From Octopus bimaculoides (taxonomy: Eukaryota), in NCBI RefSeq assembly GCF_001194135.2, contig NC_068990.1:64776099-64821221 (forward strand): a stretch of 45,123 bases of DNA, given 5' to 3'. How positions within the stretch are numbered: the stretch's first letter is position 1; each line of letters starts with the position of its first letter. A model generated the notes under the pieces. It was not told the origin of the DNA. It saw nothing but the letters and a program-made list of their open reading frames with translations, and did no database searches. This document shows, piece after piece, positions 11,329-22,871 of the stretch. Made by a program: the position numbers and the translations under genes.

Positions 11329-11692
11329 CATAGATATAGCATGCCCAGCTGACAAGGTATGCGATAAGGAAGAAAGAAAAGTCGATAGATATGACAGGTT
11401 AGCTTGGGAGGTTAAGCATTTGTGGTCGATGAAAAAGGTGGTAGTAGTACCAATAATTGTCGGAGCCCTGGGAACAGTGAGTAAAAATCTTGAGAAGTAC
11501 ATGGAACAAATAGGGGCTGCAATAAGGGTGGAGCACTTGCAGAAAACAGCACTGCTTGGAACCACTCGAATCCTCCAGAAGGTGCTCGAAAAATAAGAGG
11601 TGTTACCTTAGTTCACTGGTAGTGAACAACTGACACCGTAATACATCTCCAGCTTTAGAAACTGCGCAAAGGCAATAATAATAACAACAATG
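11329..11692 (+). mobile_element. R4/Dong-type 3' end (RLE), plus strand
   Basis: IDIACPADK...YDRLAWEVKHLWSMKKVVVVPIIVGALGTV...LQKTALLGTTRILQKVLEK*, then 3' UTR and aataataataacaacaa tail. Confidence 0.92.
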
Positions 11693-11723
11693 TTTGAGAG
11701 AAATATATTCATATCTATCTATC

Positions 11724-11726
<3 letters not shown>

Positions 11727-11774
<48 letters not shown>
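11727..11774. repeat. (AC)n microsatellite
   Basis: Direct inspection. Confidence 0.97.
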
Positions 11775-11782
<8 letters not shown>

Positions 11783-12156
11783 ATCTTAACTGGTACGTCC
11801 TCTCTGATGAAGTTCAACAATTAAAGTTGGTATAATTAGTAACAGTGATAATTATTATTATTGTAATGATTAAGCCTGATTATGCCCCAAATAGCGCGCA
11901 CAGAAACGCCTGCTAGATAAAATATTATCTTTTTTGTAATCAATGAATATTAATTGATGTTCATCAATTATCAATTTTATTTCCATTTCCTAATTTTTCC
12001 TTAAATATAGATAAACCTTGGTTTATTCCTTTCCTTACCTATCATTTACGAGCATTAGTACTAATACTCATAATCATATGTAGGTAATACATCAGTAATT
12101 CATTGGATATATCCCTTAGACGGTTTTTATAACCTCTAATTGAACTCACCTATATT

Positions 12157-12245
12157 ATGTATGTATGTATGTATGTATGTATGTTTGTATGTATGTATGT
12201 ATGTATGTTTGTATGCATGTATGTATGTATGTATGTATGTATGTA
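12157..12245. repeat. (TATG)n microsatellite
   Basis: Direct inspection. Confidence 0.95.
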
Positions 12246-12257
12246 TAAATACATACT

Positions 12258-12473
12258 TTCTTTTATTCTTTTATTTGTTTCAGTCATGTGACTGCGGTCA
12301 TGCTGGAGCACCGCCTTTAGTCGAATAAATCGACCTCAGGACTTATTCTTTGTAAGCCTAGTTCTTATTCTATCGGTCTCTTTTGCCGAACCGCTAAGTT
12401 ATGGGGACGTAAACATACCAGCATTGTTTGTCAAGCGATGGTGAGGGGACAAACACAGACACACAAACACACA

Positions 12474-12511
<38 letters not shown>

Positions 12512-12657
12512 TATATACGACAGGCTTCTTTCAGTTTCCGTCTAACAAATCCACTCACAAGGCTTTGGTTGGCCGAGGCTATAGTAGAAGACACTTGCCC
12601 AAAGTACCACGCAGTGAGACTGAACCCGGAACCATAAGGTAGGTTAGCAAGCTACTT
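12258..12657 (-). mobile_element. tRNA-derived SINE, family B, near full length
   Basis: Colinear with 6842-7165; B-box-like ggttccgggttcagtc on the minus strand; central (CA)n array. Confidence 0.9.
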
Positions 12658-12661
12658 TATT

Positions 12662-14104
12662 TCATAGAATTGGCTACTCGTCAGAATGTGTTTGCATTCA
12701 TTAAAACAGTGGCCCACAATGTGTTTGAAGTACCAGTACTCATACCAACATTTAGGCTGCTTGATTGGACGCTTAATGAGATCTGAGTCATTGATGTGAA
12801 AACTCAAAAAATACTAGCAAGCTCACATAATTTCCATATAAACAGTGACGTAGACCGCCTCTACTTAAAACGAAAATAAAATCGACCCAAAATGCCTTTG
12901 AATGTCGTATCATATCGCTTCGGCAACATCTTTTAACCATCAAGTGTCGAAGAGCATCCCTTGACCAAGTTTGCATACATGAGGCTGATAACATCATAAG
13001 ACTTGGAAGGCAGCTCCTTGAACAACATTCCTTGTCTGATAACCTAGAATAAATGCCCAAAGAAGTCGCACGACTTTACCGCAACGTATCATCAGATGAA
13101 AGGATGAGCCTATATGAGCAGAAGACTATGCATAGATATATTAGTAGAAAGCTCCGAGATGATAGTAACATCGATTATCAAAGCAGTTTATCATGGACCA
13201 ATAGACGGATCACTATCTCCCACTTTGAAGGGTATGCTTTTGCAATCCAGGAACAGGAAATATCAACCAAGTACCTGATGCACAAAAGGGAAAGAGATGC
13301 AGGAAAATCAGTAAAATGTGACAACCGATGCAGACTTTGTGAAGTTAACACCGAATATGCCATCCACATCATAAGCAGTTGTCCGAAAATATCATCACGG
13401 TATTATCTACCGATGAGACATGATGCTATAGCTAGGACACTCTATAATGAAATCTGTCGGGAAAATAAACCCGAGGACAAAGAAATAAGAACCCACAGTG
13501 TGGGAGAAGCCATAACCGCTCGTAATAAAGAGTACTGGTGGAATGTCCCAGTGAAGACCTCAATAAAATGTAAGCGCAACAGACCTGATATAATGATTTG
13601 GGATAGAAAAAAGAAAACAGTTGTAAAATTTTGGAAATTAGCTGCCCAGCGGATGTTAACATAAAGCTGAAGACCAGTGAAAAAAAGAACACCTACGCTG
13701 AACTATTGAGAAATCTGCAGTTACTCTATGAAGATTATAAGTTCAGATTTATACCTGTAATTATTGGGGCCCTGGGATATGTAACACACTGCATAAATAC
13801 TAATCTTAAGAAATTAAGCTTTTCACAACCAGAAAGCTAATTCGAAGACTATAGATCCAGTCCGTCACTGGAACTGTAAAAATTTCTAGGAGTTTATCAT
13901 TTAAGTATATATGAGCATGTTTGGATATGCAACTATATGTATGAGAATACATACATAAAACGAAACATACAAATCTGCACATATTCATACATAAATACAT
14001 ACAAGCAAAAATACCTTGTTGTTGATGTTGAAATTCCAATGAAGGAGTTTAGAAACCGGCTCTTTCTCTGTTGGCAAGAAATCTTGAAATAAAACTGAAC
14101 AAGG
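12662..14104 (+). mobile_element. R4/Dong-type element, 3' portion (TACA-associated lineage)
   Basis: KTVAHNVFEVPVLIPTF, FHINSDVDRLYLKR, EGYAFAIQEQEISTKY, CRLC...HIISSC (CCHC knuckle), RHDAIA, RPDIMIWD, EISCPAD, PVIIGALG; 3' end aataaaactgaacaaggacatacata. Confidence 0.93.
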
Positions 14105-14184
14105 ACATACATACAAACACACATATATATGTTGTAATAATGAAGCCAAACCAAATAGTGATATTTTGAAATCATTTAATACGT

Positions 14185-14224
14185 ACGATGTATGTATGTG
14201 TGTGTGTGTGTGTATATATATATG

Positions 14225-14271
<47 letters not shown>

Positions 14272-14410
14272 GTGTGTGTGTGTGTGTATGAATGTATGTA
14301 TGTATGTATGCATGCATGCATACATGCATACATGCTTACATATGCTTACATACGTACATACATACATACATACATACATACATACATACATACATACATA
14401 CATACATACA
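14185..14410. repeat. Compound (TG)n/(TA)n/(TATG)n/(CATA)n microsatellite
   Basis: Direct inspection; the array switches from TATG to CATA near 14310. Confidence 0.95.
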
Positions 14411-15150
14411 TTGATACAACATGTAATTATGACTGTTTCCTTCCTAATCTTATTAGTTGCTGTGATAATGTGTAAAATATATCCTACTAAATCATGTGGT
14501 TATAATTAGAATCTAAAGTATATGCAAACATTTGCGTGCCAACCGGTTTGATAGTGTTCAAAATATTTCCTAATCACTCGCCCGGTTTCTCTGCGTTATT
14601 GTTGAGTATTCTGAGCTTGTGATTCTCGTTAAAATTATGTGTAGTCGTATTTAAACATTGTCTTCCGGACTCTATTTCATGAGCATTATGAAAACAGGTT
14701 TTATTTAATTCTTATCATTGAAGCTTTTCAGCTTAATATAGAACTGGGTTTCATTATAATATTTGTTTTCTCTTCAGGCACGCGATTGTCAAACTAGATT
14801 ACTTTACAGATCATTGATTGTGTTGCACAGAGGACCATTATAAATATTGCACCTTCGAAAAGTACTATCATCAATGACCATTGATTAGCTAAAATAAATA
14901 GGCATTTCAAAGCAAAACAGGAACATCGTAAAAAAAAAATCGGGAGTAAAGTTTATTTCATTCGTTAGCGGGAAATGTTTCGATTTCTTAACATCGACTA
15001 AAAAATGAAGGAAATTTTATGGGATATCATGAGTTTCTCACTTTTGTCCTGCATGAAACCAGAGATGTGAAATAAACAGACTCATGTTGGATGCTTTACG
15101 TTCTATGAGAAGAAAATAATAAAAAGAAAATTTGCTTGAACTTTAAGGGT

Positions 15151-15208
15151 TATCTTTTACTTGTTTCAGTCAATAGACTGCAGCCATGCTGGTGCACCGC
15201 CTTGAAGA
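15151..15208 (-). mobile_element. SINE family B 3'-end fragment
   Basis: tcttttacttgtttcagtcaatagactgcagccatgctggtgcaccgccttgaag. Confidence 0.75.
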
Positions 15209-15875
15209 ATCTTTAGAGACATCGAGCATGCTTCGGCAAGCTTATGGTGACGAGGTAATGGGTAGTACGCAATGTTTCGAGTGGCATGGGCGCTTCAAAA
15301 GCGGAAGAACGTCCCTGGAAGACGATGAGCGATCTGGAAGATCTTCTACGAGCGTCACCCTCGGAAATGTGGTATTGTGCATCGATAATTCGTCTTTCAG
15401 AGCCAGACCGTCAATTGAGAGTTCTACTGTGACATTTTGAAGCGTTTGAGGGAGGATTTTCGGTGAAAGCAACAGGATCTGTGGAGCGCGAAGAATTGGA
15501 TTCTTCATGACAACAACGCACCTTGTCACCAAGCTCCCCTCACTCATGAGTTTCTCACCAAAAACACGGTATCGCTTCTGCACCCACCCTATTCGCCAGA
15601 TTTAGCACCTGCAGACTTCCATCTCTTCCCCAAGTTGAAAATGCAGCTCTAAGCTTGCTGTTTTAACACCGTTGTCGAGATCCAAAGCGAATCGCAGAAG
15701 GTCCTCGACTCACTTACGGAAACCGACTTCCAGGCCGGATTCCTAACGTGGCAGGAACGCTGGGACCGGTGTATTGCTGTGCAAGGTGCCTATTTCGAAG
15801 GAGATGCTGTTAAAACTTAGGTAAATAAATTATTTTTTATTAAACATAACTAGTCCGGGAACGTTTTGATCCCAC

Positions 15876-15879
<4 letters not shown>
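15209..15879 (+). mobile_element. Mariner transposon remnant, 5' end lost, internally deleted
   Basis: WHGRFKSGRTSLEDDERSGRSSTS, then a jump to LHDNNAPCH and PYSPDLAPADFHLFPKLK; right TIR ...gaacgttttgatcccacctcg followed by TA. Confidence 0.9.
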
Positions 15880-15921
<42 letters not shown>

Positions 15922-15950
15922 ATCAAAACAGGAAATCGGAAAAATTCTTT

Positions 15951-16209
15951 TTGGTATTATTTATTCACCGTTACACGAGTTTCATTTGGTAATATGAGCT
16001 ACAAAACTGTACATGTAGCGGAGACATGTAAAACATCTGTTATTAGAAATTTTTCAGACAGAGAATCAACTAATACAGAAAATTAAATAGTTGATTCTCT
16101 GTCTAAAGAATTTCTATTACGAGATATCTTATATGCTTCTCCAACATGTACAATTTTGTAACTGCAATTGGTAAATGAAACATGTGTAACGGTGAATAAA
16201 TAATGCAAA
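15951..16209. repeat. Imperfect palindrome, likely an old fold-back MITE
   Basis: 15951-16072 is the approximate reverse complement of 16088-16209 (tattatttattcaccgttacac... and agacagagaatcaacta mirrored). Confidence 0.85.
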
Positions 16210-16982
16210 CTCTTCATGAATCGATCCTTTTGGTTATATTAATAATAATAAAGGAGTTACGACGCAAAAACGTATAAATTCAAAAGAACATATTTATCTT
16301 CTTCAATATATATTTCAGTATAAAGAATTCATTAAGATGCTTAAATCAAAATTTCTTTACACATCATTCAGGAATAAAAATATAACATCAGAAAAAATAC
16401 ACTCCGTTTAAAAACACAAACCGTTCATGGCGAAAAAAGTTCACAATTATATATATATGTACACCCACACACATATATATATATAATTAATGTGAGTTTG
16501 AAGGGATATATCATCCGAGCGATACCGTGGTGGCTCTCAGTTATGTTCCAGGTTACGACTAACCGCATCAATTAGTATTTAACGTTTATGACTAGTATTA
16601 GTTGTTATTCAATCTTTAAATTCCTCTGATGGGTAATTCTGAGGTCGCGTCACTGGCCGGTAATATCGTCTGGGGTATATATTAACAATAATTTTAACGA
16701 TATAGAACATAGAGACTTGTTCATCCCCCAAATTTATTTCTTCTTATTTTACGATTCTATACAACGTATTTTCATGGGCATTACGACCTACGCGTGTTTT
16801 TCCACTGTGCAGTTTACAGGCAGTTGCAGATACAATCTGGCAAGATTTTTAGTGCAGTGGAAACATGTGTAAGCTGCAAGGACCATAAAAATATGCCGTA
16901 TAAAATCGTAAAATAAGTGGGAAGAAATTTTGAGAATGAACATGTCTCCGTGGTCTATATCGTTATAATCATCTCTATTGTG

Positions 16983-16985
<3 letters not shown>

Positions 16986-17067
<82 letters not shown>
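16986..17067. repeat. (GT)n microsatellite
   Basis: Direct inspection. Confidence 0.98.
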
Positions 17068-17069
<2 letters not shown>

Positions 17070-17301
17070 ATAACAGTTTAGCTAGGTGTATCTACACCTA
17101 AGGGATATTAAATATCTGAAGAATTTACTGGTTTATATTACCTATATCGTTTATGAATGAAGCTCGAAACAGCTGTAATTTATGAGATGTATCATTTGTA
17201 TAAAATATTTAAATTGAATTGAATTTATAATTGTTCAATTTATTGTCTTGCTTTGTTTTTCCATTTCTGATTTACATTTATATATTTATATATACATATA
17301 T

Positions 17302-17711
17302 NNNNNNNNNNNNNNNNNNNNNNNNNNNNNNNNNNNNNNNNNNNNNNNNNNNNNNNNNNNNNNNNNNNNNNNNNNNNNNNNNNNNNNNNNNNNNNNNNNN
17401 NNNNNNNNNNNNNNNNNNNNNNNNNNNNNNNNNNNNNNNNNNNNNNNNNNNNNNNNNNNNNNNNNNNNNNNNNNNNNNNNNNNNNNNNNNNNNNNNNNNN
17501 NNNNNNNNNNNNNNNNNNNNNNNNNNNNNNNNNNNNNNNNNNNNNNNNNNNNNNNNNNNNNNNNNNNNNNNNNNNNNNNNNNNNNNNNNNNNNNNNNNNN
17601 NNNNNNNNNNNNNNNNNNNNNNNNNNNNNNNNNNNNNNNNNNNNNNNNNNNNNNNNNNNNNNNNNNNNNNNNNNNNNNNNNNNNNNNNNNNNNNNNNNNN
17701 NNNNNNNNNNN
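17302..17711. other. Assembly gap
   Basis: N run between TA-rich repeats. Confidence 1.
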
Positions 17712-17945
17712 TATATATATATATATATGTATATATATACATGCATATATATGTATACATTGATACATGTATATATATGTATATATGCATATATATAAAT
17801 GTATGTATGTATCTATCTATCTATGTCGTTAATCAAATATATTCAATGAGAATATAATATACTGAATTTCTTATAAGTGCTCTTGGTAGGGAAATGTCTA
17901 AAAGAATAATGGTATTTAGGCATTTAATAAGAATTATTATATATT

Positions 17946-18800
17946 ATATGATAAAGTAAGAGTAGGAAAATTACATAAAAATCATCACTGAAGATATACG
18001 TCCAAAATAATATTGTATTAATAGATAGATGTATAAATATATAAAGTATGCTTATTTAAAAAGTTTAAAAGTTTAAAATGTCTTTCGATCGTTTCATGAA
18101 TATATTACCCTTTGAAATGAAATCTGAAATTGATAATCTTTATCAGGTAATACATCCATTCGTCAGTGAAAAAGGGCGAATTTCCGTGTAGTCAATCCAA
18201 TGCTATTTAAAAATATATGAAAAGATGTTGTTTAAAGATGTTGTTAAAAAGATATAATGATATCTTTTGTATATACAATTATAATTTTGTATATACAATT
18301 ATAAAAGGCAAGAATTTAACTACTTTTTCTTTTTTTTTTTTTTTTTTTTTTGCATTTATGAACCACACTCTGAAGAGAACAAAATTATGGGACTCATATT
18401 TACACACAGCCATTATGGATTACAGCAGAGGATTTTACCACGGATATATATTATTTCTTAAAAACTTTTAGCACAAGTTTGTACCAACACACATCTATGC
18501 CAGTAACATTTTAAACAACTTCTTTAAACAACATCTTTTTCATATATTTTTAAATAGCATTTGGTTGACTACTCTCTGACGAGTGGATGCATTAGCGAAT
18601 AATTATTATCGATTTTAGATTTCATTTCCAAGAGTAATGCATTCATGGAACGATCGTAAGACATTTTAAACTTTTAAACTATTTAAATAATCATACTATA
18701 TATATATTTATACATCTATCTATTAATACAATATTATTTGGGACGAATATATTCTGTGATGATTTTTTGATGTAATTTTCCTGCTCTAATTTTATATGAT
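17946..18800. repeat. Long inverted repeat (about 300-bp arms, about 250-bp spacer), probable non-autonomous DNA transposon
   Basis: About 17946-18252 matches the reverse complement of about 18505-18800 (e.g. aaaataatattgtattaatagatagatgtata and gtttaaaagtttaaaatgtct mirrored); ends lie in TA-rich runs. Confidence 0.85.
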
Positions 18801-18823
18801 ATATATATATATATTTATATGTA

Positions 18824-18859
<36 letters not shown>

Positions 18860-18909
18860 CTTACATATACATACATTTATTCATTCACACATACATACAT
18901 ACATACATA

Positions 18910-19291
18910 NNNNNNNNNNNNNNNNNNNNNNNNNNNNNNNNNNNNNNNNNNNNNNNNNNNNNNNNNNNNNNNNNNNNNNNNNNNNNNNNNNNNNNNNNNN
19001 NNNNNNNNNNNNNNNNNNNNNNNNNNNNNNNNNNNNNNNNNNNNNNNNNNNNNNNNNNNNNNNNNNNNNNNNNNNNNNNNNNNNNNNNNNNNNNNNNNNN
19101 NNNNNNNNNNNNNNNNNNNNNNNNNNNNNNNNNNNNNNNNNNNNNNNNNNNNNNNNNNNNNNNNNNNNNNNNNNNNNNNNNNNNNNNNNNNNNNNNNNNN
19201 NNNNNNNNNNNNNNNNNNNNNNNNNNNNNNNNNNNNNNNNNNNNNNNNNNNNNNNNNNNNNNNNNNNNNNNNNNNNNNNNNNNNNNNNNNN
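18910..19291. other. Assembly gap with duplicated flanks
   Basis: N run; the same sequence occurs on both sides. Confidence 1.
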
Positions 19292-19327
<36 letters not shown>

Positions 19328-19387
19328 CTTACATATACATACATTTATTCATTCACACATACATACATACATACATACATACATACA

Positions 19388-19421
<34 letters not shown>

Positions 19422-19859
19422 CATACATACATACATACAAGAAAGTCTAATTTTTGTACATCAAACATATCGAACATATCCGAAAAAAAAGTATATAATT
19501 TTTTTTCCCTACAACTTGGGGAGAAAGCTACAATTTAGGCGCTGTAGGGTTAAAAGGGCTATTCCTAATGCACCAAGTCAATACGATTCCTCATCAAGTT
19601 TACTCACGAACGTTAGCAAACAAAGAACAGAAATGCAACGAGAGAAATTTTTGCATGACTATAGCTTTTTCCTTTACTTTTTTTCTTGTTTCTTTTCGTT
19701 TTTCGTTTTCTCTTCTTATTTTTTTTGTAGCTAGTGATCTTGATCTCAAAGACTCCTTCCACTGCCATCGCTCTCTAGAGTTTTCTGAAGTACCCTTTTA
19801 TCTTTCCATTTTTCATTTAGATTCTATTTTCTTCTATTTTTATTTACATGGCTAACATA

Positions 19860-19960
19860 TGTGACATTCTCATCCAATTCCGAGATACTTGTAGTCCTTG
19901 AGGACGATGAAAATAGACCGACTGTTGATATCAATAACCGTCGTCTGATCATGATATTAT
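19860..19960 (-). mobile_element. Small R4/Dong RT fragment
   Basis: Minus strand KDYKYLGIG*EC matches the YKYLGIDENI seen at about 21390 in the 20955-22871 copy. Confidence 0.55.
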
Positions 19961-20330
19961 TCCCGTTTGACTAACATATACGAAAGTTTATCTTCATTGA
20001 ATTTCAATGACATATATAGCATGTGATCGTTATAGTCAGATTTAATTGTCTCTCACCACGAAAATTATTATTAGAATACACGGAACAAAGTGAAGAGCTG
20101 CACTAAAGGCATTACATTATTTCATTTTGTTCTTTACATGATAAATTCACATTCTGTAGAAGCCGACATCGTTTTTGCTTTCCATTCTTAGGAATTTTAT
20201 TATTATTATTGTTTTACTTCTCAGAGCGCTCGGTCTTGTTTGTTCTGGTTGATTCTGTGAGAGCGGACAGTAGCTTGTTGTCAGAGGTCTCATAGGGTCT
20301 CTTTCCGCACATTATAAGCATTGATAATTG

Positions 20331-20447
<117 letters not shown>

Positions 20448-20954
20448 TCAGACAAACACGTATGTATGTATGTATGTATGTATGTATACATATAGATGTA
20501 CATACTTACACATACAATCTCATACACACACGCACACACAAACACACACACACCCACATATGAAATGAAGAGAAAGAGAAAGCACATTATTTCTATGCTG
20601 TTGCTATGCCCAACAAAAGCGTGTTGGGGAGTTCCTCGACGGACCGTTTAATGTCCCTCCTAAGTCAAGCGTAACGGTCAGCTCCTTTATAAAGCAGTCC
20701 CAAATTGGGCTAGCACCTTCATGGACAATTATTGCACAACATAGCGCCAATCACAATAACTGTATCAATTCAAATAGTATAAAGCTTCACCGTGGCTGAA
20801 CTAAGAATGTAAACACATGCATTTTATGGTATTGGTGATGCATACGAATGTATATAAATAAATACATCTCCATATATGTATGTAGGTAGGTACGCGCGTA
20901 TGTGCATGTGTATATATAAAAAATATATTATGCATACAAATGTGTACATGTATA

Positions 20955-22871
20955 AATATGTACATTCAGCTGCTATGGTGAATGACACTGAAAGACTGTC
21001 CGCAGCATGGTCCACACAATTATCACTGACAACTACTAAAGCAACACCTGTTGTTACAAACAGAATTAAGCTATCAATAGGCGTATTCAAGGGTGATAGT
21101 TTATCTGTAATGTTGCTTGTACTGGTAGTGAACACCTTGTCAGCCCCGTTAACAAAATATCAAGGCTATACGTTGATGACTTAAAGTTATATTCTGGTAA
21201 TATGAGGAGACAATTAAACTAGTCAACAACAGGAGACAATTAAACTAGTCAAAACGAGATATAGTAATGAAGCTTGGGCTTAGATAAATACTAATAAATA
21301 ATTGTCAACCGATGAAAGATTGTCGCCCAGACAGAGAACATGTGCATCAATGGCTTGTCTATCTTCCCTATCTTTAATGATGAAAACTACAAGTACCTCG
21401 GAATCGATGAGAATATTGCATATGATGGTGCTGTGACTAAAGCCAGAATAATAAAAGAGTATTTCCGTATACTCGGGAAAATATGAAACTCAGAGCTGTC
21501 TGCATTTAACAAGACCGTATCTCACAATGCTTTTTCAGTGCCAATGCTAGTACCAACATTTGAGATATTGGACTCGACACTCGACAAGATACGCACCCTG
21601 GACATCAAAACCAGAAAGGTACTGACCACCACTGGCAAATTCCACATTTGCAGTGACACTAATAAGATCTATGTGAGATGAAGTGATGCCAGTGGAGGCA
21701 TATAGTCAGTCCAGACAGCCCTTGCATGCTACTTTGTATCACTCAGACAACACTTGCTAAACAATAAAGAAAGAAATGAGTACATTCTATGCATACTCAA
21801 AAGTGAGAGCAACATCTTCAGAGCTAGAGAACTACTGTGTAGGTACTCTGAGAATACAACTGTCTCATGCAACCCAAAAGAGGCTGGACTGGCCTACCCA
21901 AACAGAATTTTGGAAGAAAAGCAGGCATCATACCAAAAAAAAAAATCATAGGTACATATCCTGTAAGCGTGACGGCAACAGCAGCATTGACAGGACGAGC
22001 AGCCTCTTCTGGATCTGCAATAGATACATTACATCCAACCTAGAAGGGTATGCCTTTGCTATCCAGGAATAAGAGGTAACTACCTAATAAACAAGAGGGA
22101 CAATGATACAACCAAACTGCCACGTTATGATAAATAATGTCAGTTCTTCTATACTAGTGTGAAAGATATCACCCACATCATCAGCAGCTGCTCCAAAATG
22201 TCTACAAGATACCACCTGCCCCTGATGCATAATATAGTTGCAAAGACGGTTTACAATGCTACTCGCAGGAAGGCCTGTCCTCGCGTATACATGAAAGACA
22301 TGTCAGAACTAACCGGTATTCACACCTTTAAAAACAAAGAATACTGGTGGAACATTCAAATAATAACAGCATTTCTGTGCAAATATAACAGACCCGATAT
22401 TGTTCAGCAGGACAGGAAGCAAAAGTCATGCACTGTTGTAGAGGTCACCTGCCCAGCTGATGTGAACGTACAATCAAAAGTCCAGGGAAAGAGAACATTT
22501 ATGGTGAATTAATACGGAACTTACAGTTCTTGTACTCTGACTATAAACTGTCATTTGTACCTATCATCATAGTGCATTATGTACCAACAAATTTGCACAA
22601 AACCTACACTAGGTTTTATGAAGAAAGAACGAAAGAAAACTATGAGTGGCTCAGTAAAGATTTGTAAGATATTCCAAAAATTCTCCACATGAGATTCCTA
22701 TGTGAATAGATGCACATATTTGGGTGTATGCATCGACACCTCAACTAACACACCAACTTGACCACATATTTACAAACACCGAGAACTCTACTCAAAAAGT
22801 CCTGTCGCTTTATTAACAACCGTCTTGAACTCTCTTAAGAACTTAAAATGAAACTCAATGAAAATTCCTAA
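20955..22871 (+). mobile_element. R4/Dong-type element, RT to 3' end, decayed (TACA-associated lineage)
   Basis: GVFKGDSLSV, DDLKLY, YKYLGIDENIAYDG, EGYAFAIQE*, HIISSCSKMSTRYHL, RPDIVQQD, EVTCPAD; followed directly by (TACA)n at about 22872-22895. Confidence 0.92.

Noticed and set aside
21205-21252. Tandem duplication ggagacaattaaactagtcaa x2
   Set aside because: Ordinary local duplication within a dead Dong copy.
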